Assembly (NCBI GenBank): GCA_963674595.2
Contig: CAXXFV010000027.1
Location: 224,001 to 288,000 of the forward strand
Direction: 5' to 3'
DNA length: 64,000 nucleotides
Source: a bacterium
Lineage (GTDB): Bacteria; Zhuqueibacterota; Zhuqueibacteria; Residuimicrobiales; Krinioviventaceae
In this document: positions 60,695-64,000 of the stretch, piece by piece
How the letters are laid out: every line of letters starts with the position of its first letter
Position numbering within the stretch: position 1 is the stretch's first letter
The notes under the pieces: model-generated
Told to the model about the DNA's origin: nothing
What the model saw: the letters and a program-made list of their open reading frames with translations, nothing else
The model's database searches: none
Position numbers and translations under genes: made by a program

Positions 60695-62197
60695 TTACTT
60701 GCTTTTATTTTCACCAAAAACCTGTGTTCGATATACCCAAAACTCTGCTCCGTTTTTCCAGGCATTTGAAGGTAAACCGGCTTTACGACATAAACTTGTC
60801 ATTTCCTCATCAACACTTTTCCAGCCTGCCTGAATTGGGACCTCGGGCAGATATGTGGCACTGCGTCCATTCTTTTTTAAAATAATACCATGCTCGCCCA
60901 TTTTAAATTCAGCTATTGAATTAATTTTATATACGTTCGTTAAATAAACAGATATTTTTATTTCTATTTCATCCAGTTCATCAGGAGACAACGGCGAAAA
61001 GCGGGGATCACCAAAAGCAGCCGCAACCGCCATTTGCGGCACAAGTTGATATAAAGGCAGGCTGGACTCATGCTGCCCAATACATCCACGGAGTTGTCCG
61101 TTTTTAGTTAGCGTTACAAAAACGCCTCGTTTTTCATTTAAAACAGCGTTATCCGTTTTGAATTCAGGAATAGATTTGGTTTCCATATAACTTTTTATTG
61201 CCTGTCCGGCTAATTTTAACAACTCGTTTTGCAGATTTTTATCAATTTCGCTATACTCCGTATGTTCCTTTTGTTTGGTAAAAACAACAGCGCCATAACC
61301 GACAACGTATCCCTCCTTTTGGCCTGTTACTTTAGCGGAATTCGTCCTGGTAATAATTTGTGCATGAGTTGCCCCCATTTCTTTTAATGCTATTTGTAAA
61401 ACAGTTAAAGGACCGCTGCCGCATAGCTGAAATTTATTATTTTTTACGCCATTATAAAAATTTTCTGGATCACATCCCTGAATGGCAGCCAACGTGGAAT
61501 TGTCGGAATTTTCACAATCTGTAACAGAATAACCATGATATAAATCAGAACTGGCGATGATTAACGTTTTTTCAGGATCAATAACATCGGCAAGGGTTTT
61601 GCCGATTTGTTCACAAACATTCCAGTTATACTGCCCGATAACAATAGGTACAATATTTACATCAGGAAAAATTGTTTGAATAAACGGAAGCTGAACTTCA
61701 AGTGAATGCTCATTAGGGCCGTGACCGTTTTCTGAAAAAGAAATGTATCGGCATTTGTCCACTAATTTTTGCGCTGTTTTTTTATCGATCAAAGACGTTC
61801 CCAGAGGTGTTTTGTAAGCGTCTCCCGGATATATAGAAGCTCCCTGAAAAGGATCACGATGGCTTGGCGCTAAAATAACAATCAATTTATAAGAATCGGA
61901 TTGGATCTGCTTATAACCTGCTGCGGCTGTTTTGCCGGAAAACGTATAACCGGCATGTGGAACAACCATTCCGTAAATATGTCCATCATCAGAAATGGCG
62001 GCTGATTCTTTTAAAAGTGTGGAAATATAACCTTTTAACTCGGCAGGATCACCGGGATAGAACCTGTCGGCAACCGCAGGAGGCCGGATATGGTCTTGTT
62101 TATTCTGCGGATCAGCACAAAAAGCTGACGACAATAATAAAATAACTGTAAAAAAGTATAATATTTTTGAATGATGCACAAGATGTATTGATTTCAT
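60695..62197 (-). CDS. amrB: AmmeMemoRadiSam protein B (Memo) fused to an AMMECR1 domain, with N-terminal signal/TM
   Basis: RPPAVADRFYP, VPHAGY, APSH, EHSLEVQLPF, SSDLYH, VVGY; C-terminal GVFVTL..LRGCIG..DPRF..YLPEV..LCRKAG. Confidence 0.92.
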   Translation of the reverse strand: MKSIHLVHHSKILYFFTVILLLSSAFCADPQNKQDHIRPPAVADRFYPGDPAELKGYISTLLKESAAISDDGHIYGMVVPHAGYTFSGKTAAAGYKQIQSDSYKLIVILAPSHRDPFQGASIYPGDAYKTPLGTSLIDKKTAQKLVDKCRYISFSENGHGPNEHSLEVQLPFIQTIFPDVNIVPIVIGQYNWNVCEQIGKTLADVIDPEKTLIIASSDLYHGYSVTDCENSDNSTLAAIQGCDPENFYNGVKNNKFQLCGSGPLTVLQIALKEMGATHAQIITRTNSAKVTGQKEGYVVGYGAVVFTKQKEHTEYSEIDKNLQNELLKLAGQAIKSYMETKSIPEFKTDNAVLNEKRGVFVTLTKNGQLRGCIGQHESSLPLYQLVPQMAVAAAFGDPRFSPLSPDELDEIEIKISVYLTNVYKINSIAEFKMGEHGIILKKNGRSATYLPEVPIQAGWKSVDEEMTSLCRKAGLPSNAWKNGAEFWVYRTQVFGENKSK

Positions 62198-62212
62198 TTT
62201 TCCCTCTACAGC

Positions 62213-63355
62213 TTATTTCCAAATTCCGGGTATTGTGTGCCGGCATTTTGGACATTTACCATCCTGAAGGTTATTTTCAAGAATCGAAAATCCGATTCGG
62301 CGAATCAAAACAGTTTGGCAGTTTGGACAATAAGTACTTTCTCCCGGGTCACCGGGTACATTTCCAACATAAACATATTGTAAACCATTATCAAGAGCAA
62401 TTTGCCTCGCACGTTTTATGGATTGGACCGGTGTGGGCGGCACATTTTTCAAACGATATTGCGGATGAAACCGGGAAAAATGGATCGGCGTTTCCGGCCC
62501 TAATTCTTTATAAATCCATTTACTTAACGCTTCCAATTCCTTGGGATCATCATTTTGTTCGGGAATAACCAGATACACTATTTCCGTCCACATATTTTCC
62601 GATTTTAAGAGAACCAGTGTATCCAAAACCGGTTTGAGCGTACCGGCTACCAACTCTTTATAGAATTTTTCAGTAAATGCTTTTAAATCAATTTTAACCG
62701 CATCTAAAACTTTGCACAGGTCCCGCATGGGTTCAGGATTAATATAGCCATTGGAAATCATTACACTTTTTACATTCTGTTTATGTCCGGCGACGGCAGA
62801 ATCATACATATATTCCGTAAAAACCACGGGTTCTGTATAGGTATAGGCAATCGTATGACATTTTTTATTACGGGCAGCCAGGGCCATATCATCCGGTAAA
62901 AGCCGGAAAGAACGAATCTGTTCCGGTCTGGATTGAGAAATTTCCCAATTCTGGCAAAATTTGCACATAACATTACAACCAACAGTTGCCACTGAAAAAG
63001 CATTTGTACCGGGTAAAAAGTGGAACAAGGGCTTTTTTTCAATGGGATCAATATTTGCTGAACACGGATTTCCGTAAACAAGCGTATAATAGGTCCCGCC
63101 ATGATTTTCCCGAACACCACAATACCCTCGCTCCAGGTCATCAATTAAACACTCACGGGGACAGAGTTTGCATTGAATTTTTCGATGGTCCAGCTTTTCA
63201 TAGTACCTTGCTTCAACAAGTTCAGAGTCCGACGAAGCAGCAGCGAGCTCAGATGAAAACATCGGACACCCGGAAGCGAGCAAAAAACAGCCGCTTTTTA
63301 TAGAATCTTTTATAAATTCTCTTCTTTGCATTGTTGCTGATCTCTGTTTATACAT
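62213..63355 (-). CDS. amrS: AmmeMemoRadiSam radical SAM enzyme with Tat-like leader (alternative start 63331)
   Basis: CKLCPREC..GYCGVR, DPIEKKPLFHF, GCNVMCKFCQNWEISQ, YTYTEP, HFSRFHP, YVYVGNV, C-terminal CPNC/CPKC. Confidence 0.94.
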   Translation of the reverse strand: MYKQRSATMQRREFIKDSIKSGCFLLASGCPMFSSELAAASSDSELVEARYYEKLDHRKIQCKLCPRECLIDDLERGYCGVRENHGGTYYTLVYGNPCSANIDPIEKKPLFHFLPGTNAFSVATVGCNVMCKFCQNWEISQSRPEQIRSFRLLPDDMALAARNKKCHTIAYTYTEPVVFTEYMYDSAVAGHKQNVKSVMISNGYINPEPMRDLCKVLDAVKIDLKAFTEKFYKELVAGTLKPVLDTLVLLKSENMWTEIVYLVIPEQNDDPKELEALSKWIYKELGPETPIHFSRFHPQYRLKNVPPTPVQSIKRARQIALDNGLQYVYVGNVPGDPGESTYCPNCQTVLIRRIGFSILENNLQDGKCPKCRHTIPGIWK

Positions 63356-64000
63356 TTATTATTTGAATCTTTTCGGGATCAGATGTCCCAAGTTTGTGCT
63401 GATTATCCGAAGCAGTAAAAATATAATACGGCTCGCGTCCTGTTTCTTTGAGCGATTTAAAACCGTTTTTCAGCCGTTGTTGATCAATAATCTGTAACCC
63501 ATAATAATCCATTGCAACCATATCCACAGCCGCAATGACCGAATCCATCTGCCAGGTCCATTGCGGCATATAGGGAGGTCCGCCTTCATATTGCGGCGTC
63601 AAGGCATCACAAATCGTTAAACGGGTTTTGTTTTTAATATCGGAAAACATATTTACATCAGCTACATAGGGATTGCCAAAATCATCATGATATTTATTGG
63701 GATTATTGATAGCACCGAAAAAATTTTTCAGTGCCATGCTGATGCCGACAATACCATGGTCTTTTAATATCGGTAAATTAATGACGGCAGTACATTGGTT
63801 GTGCAAAATTCGTGAAACAAGACTGGCAGCAGAGCCAAATTCAAAAATCTCTCGTGTATAACCACTTTGGTCATTGCCATAATATTGAACTTTTTTAGAA
63901 CCATAATATATATTATAACCGGCCCGTTCAAGGTCCCTGTTCATTCGGTCCCAGACAATAATATTTCTTTTGGGAACACCAACGGATAACAAATTTTCAA
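63348..64000 (-). CDS. DUF362 family protein (5' end outside the window)
   Basis: Frame open to the window edge; INLPILKDH..G.SMALKN.FG, DALTPQYEGGP, DMVAMD. Confidence 0.85.
   Translation of the reverse strand, partial: ENLLSVGVPKRNIIVWDRMNRDLERAGYNIYYGSKKVQYYGNDQSGYTREIFEFGSAASLVSRILHNQCTAVINLPILKDHGIVGISMALKNFFGAINNPNKYHDDFGNPYVADVNMFSDIKNKTRLTICDALTPQYEGGPPYMPQWTWQMDSVIAAVDMVAMDYYGLQIIDQQRLKNGFKSLKETGREPYYIFTASDNQHKLGTSDPEKIQIINV

Noticed and set aside
1-64000. CRISPR arrays, rRNA, IS elements, prophage, and the many antisense 60-140 aa ORFs
   Set aside because: No regularly spaced repeats or mobile-element genes were seen; intergenic gaps are short; the small ORFs lie inside well-supported genes.

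Overview
AT-rich bacterial chromosome segment from a diderm organism (TolC, MCE and lipoprotein genes). The gene set is reminiscent of KSB1/Calditrichota-like lineages, which is inference only. Most genes are on the minus strand. From left to right: a partial Tat-signal Gfo/Idh/MocA oxidoreductase; mutM; a TetR-controlled YbhGFSR-like ABC/TolC efflux operon with a visible tandem operator; a TolC + degenerate MacB-permease + PAS-fused periplasmic adaptor unit; an Mla/MCE transporter operon headed by an RsbU/RsbW/RsbV partner-switching trio and polA; tRNA-Sec; a carbohydrate/envelope cluster (GH38-like, FGE-PL11 fusion, propeller glycosidase, M14 peptidase, MBOAT+SGNH); a MacB/TolC system with three adaptors; a DRG-like GTPase, PfkB kinase, PBP1A, site-2 protease, DUF62 and B12 radical SAM; a second partner-switching cluster with four PP2C phosphatases; and an AmmeMemoRadiSam cluster with DUF362. 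Best candidates for undescribed biology: (1) an AmmeMemoRadiSam system whose radical SAM enzyme has a twin-arginine leader and whose Memo-AMMECR1 fusion has a Sec-type leader; (2) a phosphorylatable STAS with its kinase and phosphatase directly heading an MCE lipid-transporter operon; (3) a PAS-sensor adaptor paired with a MacB permease that lacks its coupling motif and has no ATPase gene; (4) a GH38 lacking its catalytic nucleophile. No CRISPR array, integrase, transposase or rRNA was seen. All calls come from reading motifs by eye; no database searches were run.
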